This document shows, piece after piece, positions 39,901 to 47,659 of a DNA stretch of 64,000 nt; the first letter of the stretch is position 1, and every line of letters begins with the position of its first letter. The stretch is from an uncultured virus (IMG/VR IMGVR_UViG_3300005674_000175) (lineage: Duplodnaviria; Heunggongvirae; Uroviricota; Caudoviricetes): IMG/VR virus record IMGVR_UViG_3300005674_000175; one strand, given 5' to 3'. A model generated the notes under the pieces. The model was given only the letters and a program-made list of their open reading frames with translations. It made no database searches and was not told the origin of the DNA. The position numbers and the translations under genes are program-made.

Positions 39901-42900
39901 TTGTTATAGAAGGAAAAGCTTATATTATTGGAGGTATAAGAAAGATTGGGCAAAGCGGAAGCATAGATGCTCTAAATGATAGAATACTTGTATTTGATTT
40001 TGATACTTTGACTTGGAGTTGGAGCGATGCGTTTACTGGTGGTGATTTGACGCTTTATGCAAGGGTTTCTCCGTTTATATTTGCAGATTCAGATGGAACG
40101 AGAATTCATGTTATTGGCGGCGCTGTTCCTGGAGAATTGAATGCAGAGACAGGAGAACAGCCTCTTGAGTTTATAACTGATACCTTTGTTATAGACGTAT
40201 CAAACTTATCAATATCTTTGGATGATTACTTGTTTGATCAGATTCCTATTCCAAGATATAGAGGAATGTCAGCAAGCATTGTTGATCATCACTATTTCTT
40301 AGGCGGAACAAATTCTAAATCTCAAGTTCTTAATCTTGTTGATCGTATTGGAGAAGATTCTCCAACATATTCATATGATAGTATTTCTAGAATGCTTACT
40401 GCTCGAACGGCGTTCGGCGGAACAAGTGATAACTGGAGATATTTGTATGTATGTGGAGGAATTACGAGCGGAAGGCCAAAAGGTTTCTTGCAGATTAATG
40501 CTTCTGTAAGTCCTTCTAATATACTTTTGGATGGAAAGCAATCCGCTACTGTTTCTATTGAATTGTTAAATGATGTTGGAGAGAGGCCAACACAGTCTAT
40601 TAGAGTCCTTGTCCAGGGTGTTCTTCTGTTCCCTGATTCAACAACAACAAGTAATGAAACAAGCGGCGGCGATAATTCTCAACAGCAATCAGAAGATTCT
40701 GCTCTTAGAGATGCTCTTGTATATCCTGTTGTGTTTAGTTCTAATGACTTCTATATTTATGATGGAATTGGTTCTACTGTTATGTTACCAAGAGCAGATG
40801 ATATACTCAAGAAAATTTCCGAGATAAAAGAAAAGCTTGGCATTACAGATCAACAAGTTGCAGGCGAAGGAGGAAGCGACGGCAATACGACCTTGAAGAT
40901 AAATGAGGGAGAGGTTAGAAATCCTTATTCTATTATGGTTCGTATAACTGTTTTGGATAGCTTCTTTTACGGACAAACAGTTGTTGATGTAAAAGATAAT
41001 CAAGATTCAACTCAAACTCCTCCGCCAGAACAACCTGCCGAACCTTCTCCAACAGATCCGTCTCCGTCTGAACCAACAAATCCAACTGAGCCAGTTGTTG
41101 AGTTTGAGGGCTGTAGGAGCGTTGAGGGAAGTCAGACCGTTCCGCCAAGTGATAATCAGCAAACGAATGACCCCGGTAGAGATAATGAAAATAATCAAAC
41201 AATAGATCAGTCCTTGAAAGATAAAGACAATCCTGTGTTTGATCTAAATCCTCCTCAAACTCCTCAACTATCAAGTCCTACGGTTTATTATTTCAGCGAT
41301 ATAGAATGGATACCGCAAGTCGTTGTTCATGTAAACAACGGTGAATATTCTGATATGATACAAAGTCTATCAAGAATTGAAAATGAGATTCCATTTGGTG
41401 CATCTCCTTTGTATGATGCTCTTATCAAGAATGCCGAAATCATGCTTGATGAAGACCTTGATAGATATGTTAAGGTTATATATCTCAATACTGATAATGA
41501 AGAAAATTTATCTATTAACACTATAGATACGGCTATACAAGATATTCAGGCTATAGATGGCTATGGCAAGACCCCTGTTATAACTAGTAATTTCTCTGTC
41601 GTTTTCCCTGTTACTCTTTCTTCTCTTGTTGCTAGAACAGATACAGATTCTCTTGAAAAGATTGCAAGCGAAACTGGAGGACAAAGCCAGACGGTTTTGG
41701 ATGCATCTTTTGTAGATGAAGTTCTTAATAATACCATAGGAAGAGTTGAAGGTTCTATTGGTTGGGGTCTCTATGAGTGCGTTATTGATCTTGGGAATAT
41801 AAGTATCATAAATGCTATAACTTTAGACTACGAGCTTTATCCTAATACAGATGGAAACTGGAAGATATCTACTAGTGATGATGGATTTAACTATTCAGAT
41901 TACAGCGATGCTTTCAATCCTAATACAGAAGTTTCGTTTACCAATGTAAGCGGAAGATTCATCAAGTTTAAGGTTAATCTTTTGAGCGGTTTGAGTTCTT
42001 ATATTGAAAATGAATACGACCTTATCCCGACGCCAGGAGTTCCTGCTCTTACGGGAATAAACATTCAGTATAGTGTTCCTACTGAAAGCTTCATATATTT
42101 CAATAATCATACAACAGATTTTAGTCCTCAACAGATTGCTGTTTCTGTATCAGCAAATAAACCAGACTTAAGTACGATAGAAGTTGGAGCAACAACGAGT
42201 AGTTCGTATAACTGGAAGGACTACTATAGTGGTTCTCAACCTTATGTTGATAGGTTTGGAAAGATCTTTATTCCAATACGTTATGAGCAAGAGAATGACT
42301 CGTCTCTTAATGAATCTTTGGAAAATATAGATGGATTCATGTGGAGAGCAAAATATGGCAAGTGGGATGTTTCGTCGAGGGTTACAATCCTTGATGAAGA
42401 TCTAAATACGGTAGATCCTGCAACCTACGCTGTTTATCCAAATGAAGGATTTATAGTATTCAACTCTAAAAAGGTTGGTTCGTTCTTTATATCTATTGAG
42501 AACGCCGGCAATCTAAGACTTGGAGTTAGAATACTCAATATGGATTCTAATAATCCGGTTATAATTGACGGTTTAGGATATATGTACAACACGAATGTTT
42601 TCTTGCCTCCTCCTCTATCGCAAAGACCTCCAGTTGTGTCTGACTTTAGAGTTATTCCTTCCCAGCTTACGCTTTATCAATCTGTTGGCCTTACTTATAA
42701 ATTCTTTGATATCAATCAGAGACAAGAAGACAAATCTCAAACGCAGATTCGTTGGTATATTAATGGAGTTGAAATAGAGTACCTAAGAGACCTAAGAGAG
42801 TGGAATAACATAAACAACACTAATGATCCTATATGGACTTATGCCTTCTCGTTTAGGCCTGATGAAGTTCCTGCTGGAACTAGCTATGAACAGTATGCAA

Positions 42901-43682
42901 GAGAAAAAGAAGAAAGCATACTTAAGGTTGGAGATTTTGTTTACGCTACAATAAGAGCGAGCGATGGCGTTTTGTTTGGCGATACTATTCGTTCTCCATC
43001 GGTTACTGTTATAGAGGCTCCTCCATCTATAGTAACTATAGCGATTAAGGGAAAGAAGAACGACGGAACGGTTTCTGATAATGTAACTACAGCAACAAGG
43101 GCTTTTGCGGAATATTCTTTATTCCAAGACGGAAGCGGAAAAACCAAATCAGTCATTATATGGTATGTAAATGGCGTAGAGTTTAAGAGAGGCAATTTGG
43201 GCGAAACGGTTAGCGGTTTCTCTAATGATGAAATTCTTGTTGGAGAGGTTAGAAATAATGTTGTTGGAATAACAATGGGTAATGTTCTAGAAGTAACTAT
43301 TGTTCCAGCCTCTGGGGATATCATAGGAAATCCAGTAACAAGCGCTGCGGTTTCTGTAGAAAACGATCCTCCTTCTGTAAGGAATGTAACAGTATCTCCT
43401 AATCCAACAGCGCCGTCATCTTCTGCTCTTCAGGTAACTTATACATATGTTGATGTTGAATCTCAGGTCCAGGGTTCTACTCAGAATGATCAAAGTTCAA
43501 TTAAGTGGTTTAGGGCAGTAAGAGGTTCTTCAACCTTTGAGGAAGTTACATCATTGCAGAACACAAGAATTATTGCAGCAACAAACACTTCTTCAGGTCA
43601 GAAATGGAAAGCACAAATAATACCGTTTGATGGAGTTAGTGTAGGACAATCGGTTGACAGTAATACAGTCGAAATAGTTTAG
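33909..43682 (+). CDS. Giant multidomain putative virion/appendage protein (3257 aa): CBM-like, split vWA, Fn3, LamG, Kelch propeller, Pro-rich linker, C-terminal Ig-like repeats
   Basis: vWA MIDAS DQSGS at 34971 and GASPLYDAL...IYLNTD at ~41400-41495; LamG FMAWVYP...WNHVAVT; Kelch LYAIGG, IYVFGG, AYIIGG, IHVIGG, YFLGG, LYVCGG at ~39500-40465. Confidence 0.75.
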   Translation: MTLTKASVFIRTVGSTDSSAAFSIPQTGYVAFDAANFYKLEQGDPSVVFEVDANGSYGSGALHVEPIQSRTNYPVITYPVIAEKAGKYNVFIRVKTGTSVSSFTFDILIDGFSSSTETRTVTPGNWSWIETTIVVKDDRRFDLSIKPQTADSYIDSFIITSEAIPSSIEYQSKFLTLHFRMFEMNSSMLPGSSLPIYGFKTTIDEIKDDNWYNFALDPLPGYSSISFDMHYVASLFVSGISDSLYLIWDYASNEETVFDPYNVTCSLLYDSESEEWLLDCEKSYAIKFYSHRDAIDENACKIIVPASALATNRTQKFDTASLEPLFAQTKIATVDNESNKVELSLPDRLLSVVMDQSGSMSWNDSQGLRHTLTRRMVDRLEATYPGEVKYNLLSLGSTPIKINFFAVVENDQINTSNTSAVATSFFADQESGYAGVRIIRKKGSYPTGPLDGEIVTEGFVERAFDDELEEGEEYFYAAYTFDSNQVFSNGRFLTATPRVKLPPRGVGGFTYRVITGSGIKRDENTIGLWHLNESVGQSAYDFSDNPITLNSSFDNLVWLNKNDVPSGISGIRFDGNSTRIFGYDGDGKLVQTKYTFMAWVYPFDFVDKRTIISRETPSLDKMTFRFGTNTDGTLYLTMDDLTFASSSGTLTSNAWNHVAVTVDLDTLTATFYINGEASGNGSVATLGFHSIESMDIYIGGKTSSFFGKITEVSVHDVVRPSSYIYSASIVPEDWNDKVLDNGDRIVALRFSVPDDYNFPGGKVLIIRKEEVGSGNFEYVTPTNSDGTVGDPVLVFNGFGEKPSNETDGVAVYNENASAGEHTVILPYDYVHGRVYDFRIYSQSAIGNYSLSSDSPILSITIPTFANRDARNAAISTPFVNSVGNVQIRAGNHKSYLTWNAINDDVTDQVLVFWSDTGPPIINNDQGVSSSAMLVYSGNPSESSFVDRNIENEIVNYYAVIAADRYGNFSAPVYVSTVPLNSADETDIPLLETKQFRYEVVNENAISLAWDAPVKFQKEIEAWFDQRVALYAQITDEYGAAIADSSRIKFDAKATVSSAQLAEDVFGETINYTTLTPEAKNCFALSSSDMGDGFIKGIFRMTSDQDVLSAINTLSATIYVSYTIPDRENPSVNVFEFTSLPIQIEMQNPFTMEMINIGDNTTNFGTNTSIGLRKKSRRRRSSSSSVADPTVDNNPIVGADMVKILCKQTVPLDNQEFISTGGLLFDPNKFKEFDGCWIRRTRPFVARVVVTYRGQSLPGGADCNAAVFEASDPQCDPEDNSDSNPCSQTGSGSSRQPPFEPSFSTRRSRAVQPPATSIPLRTGLQRLNDGTTRQVSYADIPLRAPRSPQAVMLFGKVSFNGYSSRKKQYIVFENILRVETTIEPPESNCIDVSEQRANVYMIDPDSPNVDNPRKIPVPNQQVVRWSLRKGRNSKDRPFYSSDNVPTGPGVFSYTRSGTARNVFFGPACGVTWELYIPCPGNIIYLPEMYAIKASVVYDGLSAFEERPAIIYPPSFGGRGFGSRFLMDMPQYVNPLYADGYDLVRCTIYHDPNIAGGTTAGCFRQCAENASRPIFVLDNGQIVDIESGNDFEILHGENLEIVYDEDLGENVVNNANQSIGFAQIPLSQEGNTTVFYFRINKFLGRPQSSASSDDGSENNQTVNSCECIEVPPGLAKKKDLSIVNGRTTINFNGETRYLRGGGDLKTGVPPTTIDLKEPLDIFVVDIRRDGQSVNKILCDGVAVHEFVLEVKFKENPVPNGTPVFLTVAGKNPEKIILQSDTIYTSKADPDEQGRIKSYASFFVAPFGPESAFEAQVQAETKYDKRGDVERSMTCCVTIKYDPSQKKEEEVVDKPEGEINNVFNASLDVYDTYNDTWVTKSSMQHPRGCLTLNWMPEAYSDTLYAIGGLNGKSVLSYNEMYDTASDIWVSKTSMGTPRFYHMSAEDGNYIYVFGGITVDGSDLLVTSSVERYNVYTDTWEDLPDMPVFDQNTYGVALGSCVVIEGKAYIIGGIRKIGQSGSIDALNDRILVFDFDTLTWSWSDAFTGGDLTLYARVSPFIFADSDGTRIHVIGGAVPGELNAETGEQPLEFITDTFVIDVSNLSISLDDYLFDQIPIPRYRGMSASIVDHHYFLGGTNSKSQVLNLVDRIGEDSPTYSYDSISRMLTARTAFGGTSDNWRYLYVCGGITSGRPKGFLQINASVSPSNILLDGKQSATVSIELLNDVGERPTQSIRVLVQGVLLFPDSTTTSNETSGGDNSQQQSEDSALRDALVYPVVFSSNDFYIYDGIGSTVMLPRADDILKKISEIKEKLGITDQQVAGEGGSDGNTTLKINEGEVRNPYSIMVRITVLDSFFYGQTVVDVKDNQDSTQTPPPEQPAEPSPTDPSPSEPTNPTEPVVEFEGCRSVEGSQTVPPSDNQQTNDPGRDNENNQTIDQSLKDKDNPVFDLNPPQTPQLSSPTVYYFSDIEWIPQVVVHVNNGEYSDMIQSLSRIENEIPFGASPLYDALIKNAEIMLDEDLDRYVKVIYLNTDNEENLSINTIDTAIQDIQAIDGYGKTPVITSNFSVVFPVTLSSLVARTDTDSLEKIASETGGQSQTVLDASFVDEVLNNTIGRVEGSIGWGLYECVIDLGNISIINAITLDYELYPNTDGNWKISTSDDGFNYSDYSDAFNPNTEVSFTNVSGRFIKFKVNLLSGLSSYIENEYDLIPTPGVPALTGINIQYSVPTESFIYFNNHTTDFSPQQIAVSVSANKPDLSTIEVGATTSSSYNWKDYYSGSQPYVDRFGKIFIPIRYEQENDSSLNESLENIDGFMWRAKYGKWDVSSRVTILDEDLNTVDPATYAVYPNEGFIVFNSKKVGSFFISIENAGNLRLGVRILNMDSNNPVIIDGLGYMYNTNVFLPPPLSQRPPVVSDFRVIPSQLTLYQSVGLTYKFFDINQRQEDKSQTQIRWYINGVEIEYLRDLREWNNINNTNDPIWTYAFSFRPDEVPAGTSYEQYAREKEESILKVGDFVYATIRASDGVLFGDTIRSPSVTVIEAPPSIVTIAIKGKKNDGTVSDNVTTATRAFAEYSLFQDGSGKTKSVIIWYVNGVEFKRGNLGETVSGFSNDEILVGEVRNNVVGITMGNVLEVTIVPASGDIIGNPVTSAAVSVENDPPSVRNVTVSPNPTAPSSSALQVTYTYVDVESQVQGSTQNDQSSIKWFRAVRGSSTFEEVTSLQNTRIIAATNTSSGQKWKAQIIPFDGVSVGQSVDSNTVEIV

Positions 43683-43694
43683 TGGAGATAAAAT

Positions 43695-43892
43695 ATGGCA
43701 AAGAAAGTAAAGAAAACGAAGCTCTTGCAGACAAAAAAAGCGATGAGAGAAGAGCTTTCTTATTTAGGAAATGACTGTGAAATGATATCGCAGATATCAG
43801 GTGTATCTTTGGATAAGATCAAGAAATTCTGCCAAACAGGTGAAATTTCTGATAATGATCTTCTAAAATTGGATAAAGTCAACAGAATGTGA
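43695..43892 (+). CDS. Small hypothetical protein, possible HTH
   Basis: GGAG SD upstream; ISQISGVSLDKIKKF is HTH-like. Confidence 0.5.
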   Translation: MAKKVKKTKLLQTKKAMREELSYLGNDCEMISQISGVSLDKIKKFCQTGEISDNDLLKLDKVNRM

Positions 43893-43895
43893 AAA

Positions 43896-44603
43896 ATGGA
43901 TAGAAGAACCACAATTGTCGTTTTGTCATATAACGGCAAAGACTTGACGAAAAAATTCCTTGAACTTCTGTTCGAGCATACTCCCGAATTCAAGCTGATT
44001 ATGATAGACAACTGTTCTACAGATGGAACGGTTGACTATCTTATTGAAGCAGTAAAACAGAGAGAGGCTGACTCAACGCTTGTTCTAAATAATATGAATA
44101 CAGGTGTTATAGGCGGCAGAAATATGGGATATGTTTTATTCCAATCTGATCCGTCTGAGTTTCTTTGTTTTCTTGATAATGATCAGTTTGTTCGTTCTGG
44201 TTGGCTTGAACAGTATCACGAATTCATGAATAAAGGTAACTATGATGTTATAGGAGCAGACGCTTGGCTTATGGACTCTTCTTTTATGCCAAGACGAAAT
44301 TGCAAGAGACAGGGAGAGCCATATTCCTATGTTGGTTGTGGAGGAATGATGGTTAAAAAAGCAGTGGTCGATACAATAGGTCTGTTTGATGAACAGTTTA
44401 ATCCTGCATACTTCGAAGATCCAGATTTCAACTTTAGAGCTAGAGAGGCCGGGTTCAAGATAGGATGGAATTCTTTGGCAAAAGTGGATCACCTTCCTCA
44501 TCAAACTCTTGGCAAGAATGCGGACAGAATGAAGATTTTTGCGCAAAGTTATGAGAAGTTCAAGAAGAAATGGAATGGTAAAACATTCCAGCCACTAAGA
44601 TGA
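43896..44603 (+). CDS. Glycosyltransferase family 2 (GT-A)
   Basis: TIVVLSYN, IDNCSTDGT, DxD in FLDND, FDEQFNPAYFEDPD. Confidence 0.9.
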   Translation: MDRRTTIVVLSYNGKDLTKKFLELLFEHTPEFKLIMIDNCSTDGTVDYLIEAVKQREADSTLVLNNMNTGVIGGRNMGYVLFQSDPSEFLCFLDNDQFVRSGWLEQYHEFMNKGNYDVIGADAWLMDSSFMPRRNCKRQGEPYSYVGCGGMMVKKAVVDTIGLFDEQFNPAYFEDPDFNFRAREAGFKIGWNSLAKVDHLPHQTLGKNADRMKIFAQSYEKFKKKWNGKTFQPLR

Positions 44604-44604
44604 T

Positions 44605-45723
44605 ATGAAACTGGCGGTGTGTACAAATTTTGCCCAACCCTTCCACACTGGCGGTGCGGAAAGGATAGTTCAACAGATAACAGAGCATTTGGTTTCTGTT
44701 GGACATTCTTGTACAGTATTTAGTCAACATGGCAAGTCTCAAGTTACTCATAATGGAGTAACTGTTTGTCCTATTGGCTCCTTTGGCGAAGAGCAGTTTA
44801 TTCATAGAATGCAAATTGAGAATTTTGATCATCTATTTGTATATAGCGATTGGTTTTTCATGTGGCCGGTTATACTAAAGAATATAGTAAATCTTCCTAT
44901 GAAGAAAAGTATTGCTCTTGTTGGCATGAATAGGATGAGGTCCGTATTACCTCAAAATAAGGTCATTGCTGACCTTTTTCGTAAAAATCATGCATCTTTT
45001 TCTGTTTTAGCCCATGCTAAGAACTATATAGATGCTGTTACTTGCGAAGAATGGGGAATTCCTGTAAGTATTATACATAACTCGATAGACCTAAATGAAT
45101 TTGTTAAGACTGATTTTGATTTCAAGCAGCATTATGGAATAAAAACGCCAAAAATGCTGCTTTGTGTATCAAATTTCTTCCCAGGTAAAGGACAAGAATT
45201 CCTTCCTGGAATCATACAAAAATTAGCAAGTAAACATAAAGATTTTACGTTTGTTTTTATCTCTTCAACGCTTGCTTTTGAACCTGGAAATAGACTCAGA
45301 ACCCTTGTTAAGGACATGTGCGACAAGAAAGGTCTCCCGGTTAAGTTTTTGAACGATATTCCTCGGTCGCATGTTGTTCAATCTTATTTTGCATGCGATG
45401 GTTTTGTTTTTCCGTCGCAACAAGAGTGTGGGCCGATTGTAGTTCTTGAGGCTATGGCTGCCGGAAAGCCTTGGGTTGCTCTTGGGGTTGGTCATATTCC
45501 AGAACTTAAGGGCGGGTTCTTTGTTGAATCTCCTATAGATAGTAAAGGCATGATGAAGTTTGATATGACAGTTGCTCGTTTTTTTGAAGACAAGATGGCT
45601 TCTATCCTTGCCGATAATTTGATAAGAAATAGGAATGGCGAAGGAAGAAAAAACATAGAAGAGTCATATAACTGGGACATTATTAAAAAACAGTATGAAG
45701 ATTTCTTCTCGGTAAAAATGTAA
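44605..45723 (+). CDS. Glycosyltransferase family 4 (GT-B)
   Basis: GGAERIV, IHNSID, PGKGQ, FVFPSQQECGPIVVLEAMAAGKP (E-x7-E). Confidence 0.9.
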   Translation: MKLAVCTNFAQPFHTGGAERIVQQITEHLVSVGHSCTVFSQHGKSQVTHNGVTVCPIGSFGEEQFIHRMQIENFDHLFVYSDWFFMWPVILKNIVNLPMKKSIALVGMNRMRSVLPQNKVIADLFRKNHASFSVLAHAKNYIDAVTCEEWGIPVSIIHNSIDLNEFVKTDFDFKQHYGIKTPKMLLCVSNFFPGKGQEFLPGIIQKLASKHKDFTFVFISSTLAFEPGNRLRTLVKDMCDKKGLPVKFLNDIPRSHVVQSYFACDGFVFPSQQECGPIVVLEAMAAGKPWVALGVGHIPELKGGFFVESPIDSKGMMKFDMTVARFFEDKMASILADNLIRNRNGEGRKNIEESYNWDIIKKQYEDFFSVKM

Positions 45724-46449
45724 ATGCCAAAAATTAGCGTAATAACTCCTGCATATAACTGCGAAAAATTCATACAAGAATCTGTATCTTCGATTCTTAG
45801 TCAGTCATTTTCTGACTATGAATTGATTATAATTAATGATGGTTCTTCTGATAGAACGGCTGATATTATTTCAGAATTCAAGGACAACAGAATAAGGTTT
45901 GTTAATCATTCTGAAAACAAAGGGGTAATGCTTAGGTCTAAAGAAGCAATAGATTTATCTGTCGGAGAATATATTGCGATACATGATGCTGATGATGTTA
46001 GTATGTCTAATAGACTTGAGTTGCAAGTTAAGTTTTTGGATAGTAATCCTGAAATCTTTTGCGTTGGCGGAAGAGCTAAAAAGATAGACGTTGGCGGTAA
46101 ACTCATTGGAGAATGGGACTTTCCTCCATTAACACACAAAGATATTGTTGCGTTATTGGTGATTTATGGGAAATGCCCAATGATTAATCCGACTACGATG
46201 TATAGAAAGCATGAATACTACCAGTTATCGGGGTATTCTCCCGATAATTCAATGAAATCCGCTCATGATCTAGATTTTTGGTGTAGAGCGATTGTCGGAG
46301 GAAAGAAGTTTGCAAATATTACAGATTACCTTATCAAGTATAGGGTAAACCCTGACGGAATGACTAGAAAAAACAAGATTGCTCAAGTTTCTGACCACAT
46401 GAAGATTATGAATGATCTTAGAAAGAGGATGAAAGATGTCAAATTTTAA
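45724..46449 (+). CDS. Glycosyltransferase family 2 (GT-A)
   Basis: MPKISVITPAYN, INDGSSD, IHDADD, RLELQVKFL. Confidence 0.92.
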   Translation: MPKISVITPAYNCEKFIQESVSSILSQSFSDYELIIINDGSSDRTADIISEFKDNRIRFVNHSENKGVMLRSKEAIDLSVGEYIAIHDADDVSMSNRLELQVKFLDSNPEIFCVGGRAKKIDVGGKLIGEWDFPPLTHKDIVALLVIYGKCPMINPTTMYRKHEYYQLSGYSPDNSMKSAHDLDFWCRAIVGGKKFANITDYLIKYRVNPDGMTRKNKIAQVSDHMKIMNDLRKRMKDVKF

Positions 46450-47635
46450 TGGAAGAAAATGGACTGATACAGAACTCGAAACCTTGTATACAGAGAGACT
46501 TAAGGGTACTCCATATAAGGTTTTGTCTCGAATGCTGAACAGGTCTGTTGATTCTCTTGAGAAGAAATTCAATCAAGATACTGATTGGACTAAGTACAAT
46601 TTTCATTGCCCAGAGTACGAGGAAGGAAGAGCGGATACGTTACTTGAGGCTGCGCAAAAACGAGACCTAAGTATAAGTAAGAATCTTGATAAGTATAGAC
46701 TTCAAGCTGATATTATTGGAGATAGGCTTGTTGAAGCATCTAGACGCCTTCCAGAAGTTCCTCCGCCGCTATACAAGAAGCCCAATAAAGATGAGAAGAG
46801 AACTGACGAAGATATGGTTCTCGTTTTTAGCGATCTTCATATAGGTCATGAACATACTCTTGAGGAAACTGGCGGTCTTTCTGAGTACAATCTTGAGATC
46901 TTTCTTCAGAGAATGGAAAACCTCAAGAAGGCCATAACCGATATTTATGAACTTCATTCGAAGCTTTACAAAATACCAAGATTGCATATTCTATCGCTTG
47001 GAGATATTGTTGACGGAGCTAATACTGCTGGCGCTTGGTCTCCTGTTTGGATTAATACTCCAATATTGGATCAAGTAATGATAGGATATAGAGCCGTTAG
47101 CGACTTTATTTATTACATGCTGAGCTTATTCGAGGAAGTTGAGTTCTATGCGTTGTATGGTAATCATGGAAGGATTGCGCCAAGCGGAGCAGAGAAAAAG
47201 TATAATAACTTTGATCTTTTCTGTTACAAATATATAGAGACTGAGTTTAGGAATCAACCTAGATTCAAGATGCATACAACTAAGAGTTGGTGGATGATTC
47301 AAGAGATACAGAACCACAAGTTTCTTTTGGTTCACGGCGATGATATGAAGCCCAAAAATCCTCCCATTTTGTCTCTTATGGACTTAGAGAAGAGGATGTC
47401 TGGAATAACAGGAATTATCCCTGATTATACCGTTTGCGGACACTTCCATAATTGTTCAGAATATACTACTCATAGCGGTAAGGCTCTCATGAATGGCTCG
47501 TTTGTTGGGGCTGATGTTTATTCGTTATCTAACAATATGCCCGGCAATATTCCAGAACAGAAGCTGTTCGGAATCCATCCCACAGTTGGCCTTACTTGGA
47601 CTTATAATGTAAACCTGAATCATCAAAGGAAATAA
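46436..47635 (+). CDS. Calcineurin-like metallophosphoesterase with N-terminal HTH/Myb-like segment
   Basis: SDLHIG, LGDIVDG, GNHG, HGD and GHFH motifs in canonical order; N-terminal KWTDTELETL. Confidence 0.85.
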   Translation: MSNFNGRKWTDTELETLYTERLKGTPYKVLSRMLNRSVDSLEKKFNQDTDWTKYNFHCPEYEEGRADTLLEAAQKRDLSISKNLDKYRLQADIIGDRLVEASRRLPEVPPPLYKKPNKDEKRTDEDMVLVFSDLHIGHEHTLEETGGLSEYNLEIFLQRMENLKKAITDIYELHSKLYKIPRLHILSLGDIVDGANTAGAWSPVWINTPILDQVMIGYRAVSDFIYYMLSLFEEVEFYALYGNHGRIAPSGAEKKYNNFDLFCYKYIETEFRNQPRFKMHTTKSWWMIQEIQNHKFLLVHGDDMKPKNPPILSLMDLEKRMSGITGIIPDYTVCGHFHNCSEYTTHSGKALMNGSFVGADVYSLSNNMPGNIPEQKLFGIHPTVGLTWTYNVNLNHQRK

Positions 47636-47659
47636 GAGCAAAACTTAGTATATATAAGC

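Noticed and set aside
808..43682. Diversity-generating retroelement acting on the adhesin genes
   Set aside because: No reverse transcriptase in the window and no near-identical TR/VR nucleotide pair noticed; the repeats are protein-level and diverged.
808..43682. Cellular S-layer or secreted adhesin operon
   Set aside because: No signal peptides, sortase, PEP-CTERM, T9SS or RTX signals and no transporter genes seen, and the neighbouring module is phage-like; disfavoured but not formally excluded.
47636..47659. Phage promoter motif (GTATATATAA here; CGATAAT before dnaE)
   Set aside because: Single, dissimilar AT-rich instances; no recurring consensus can be supported.
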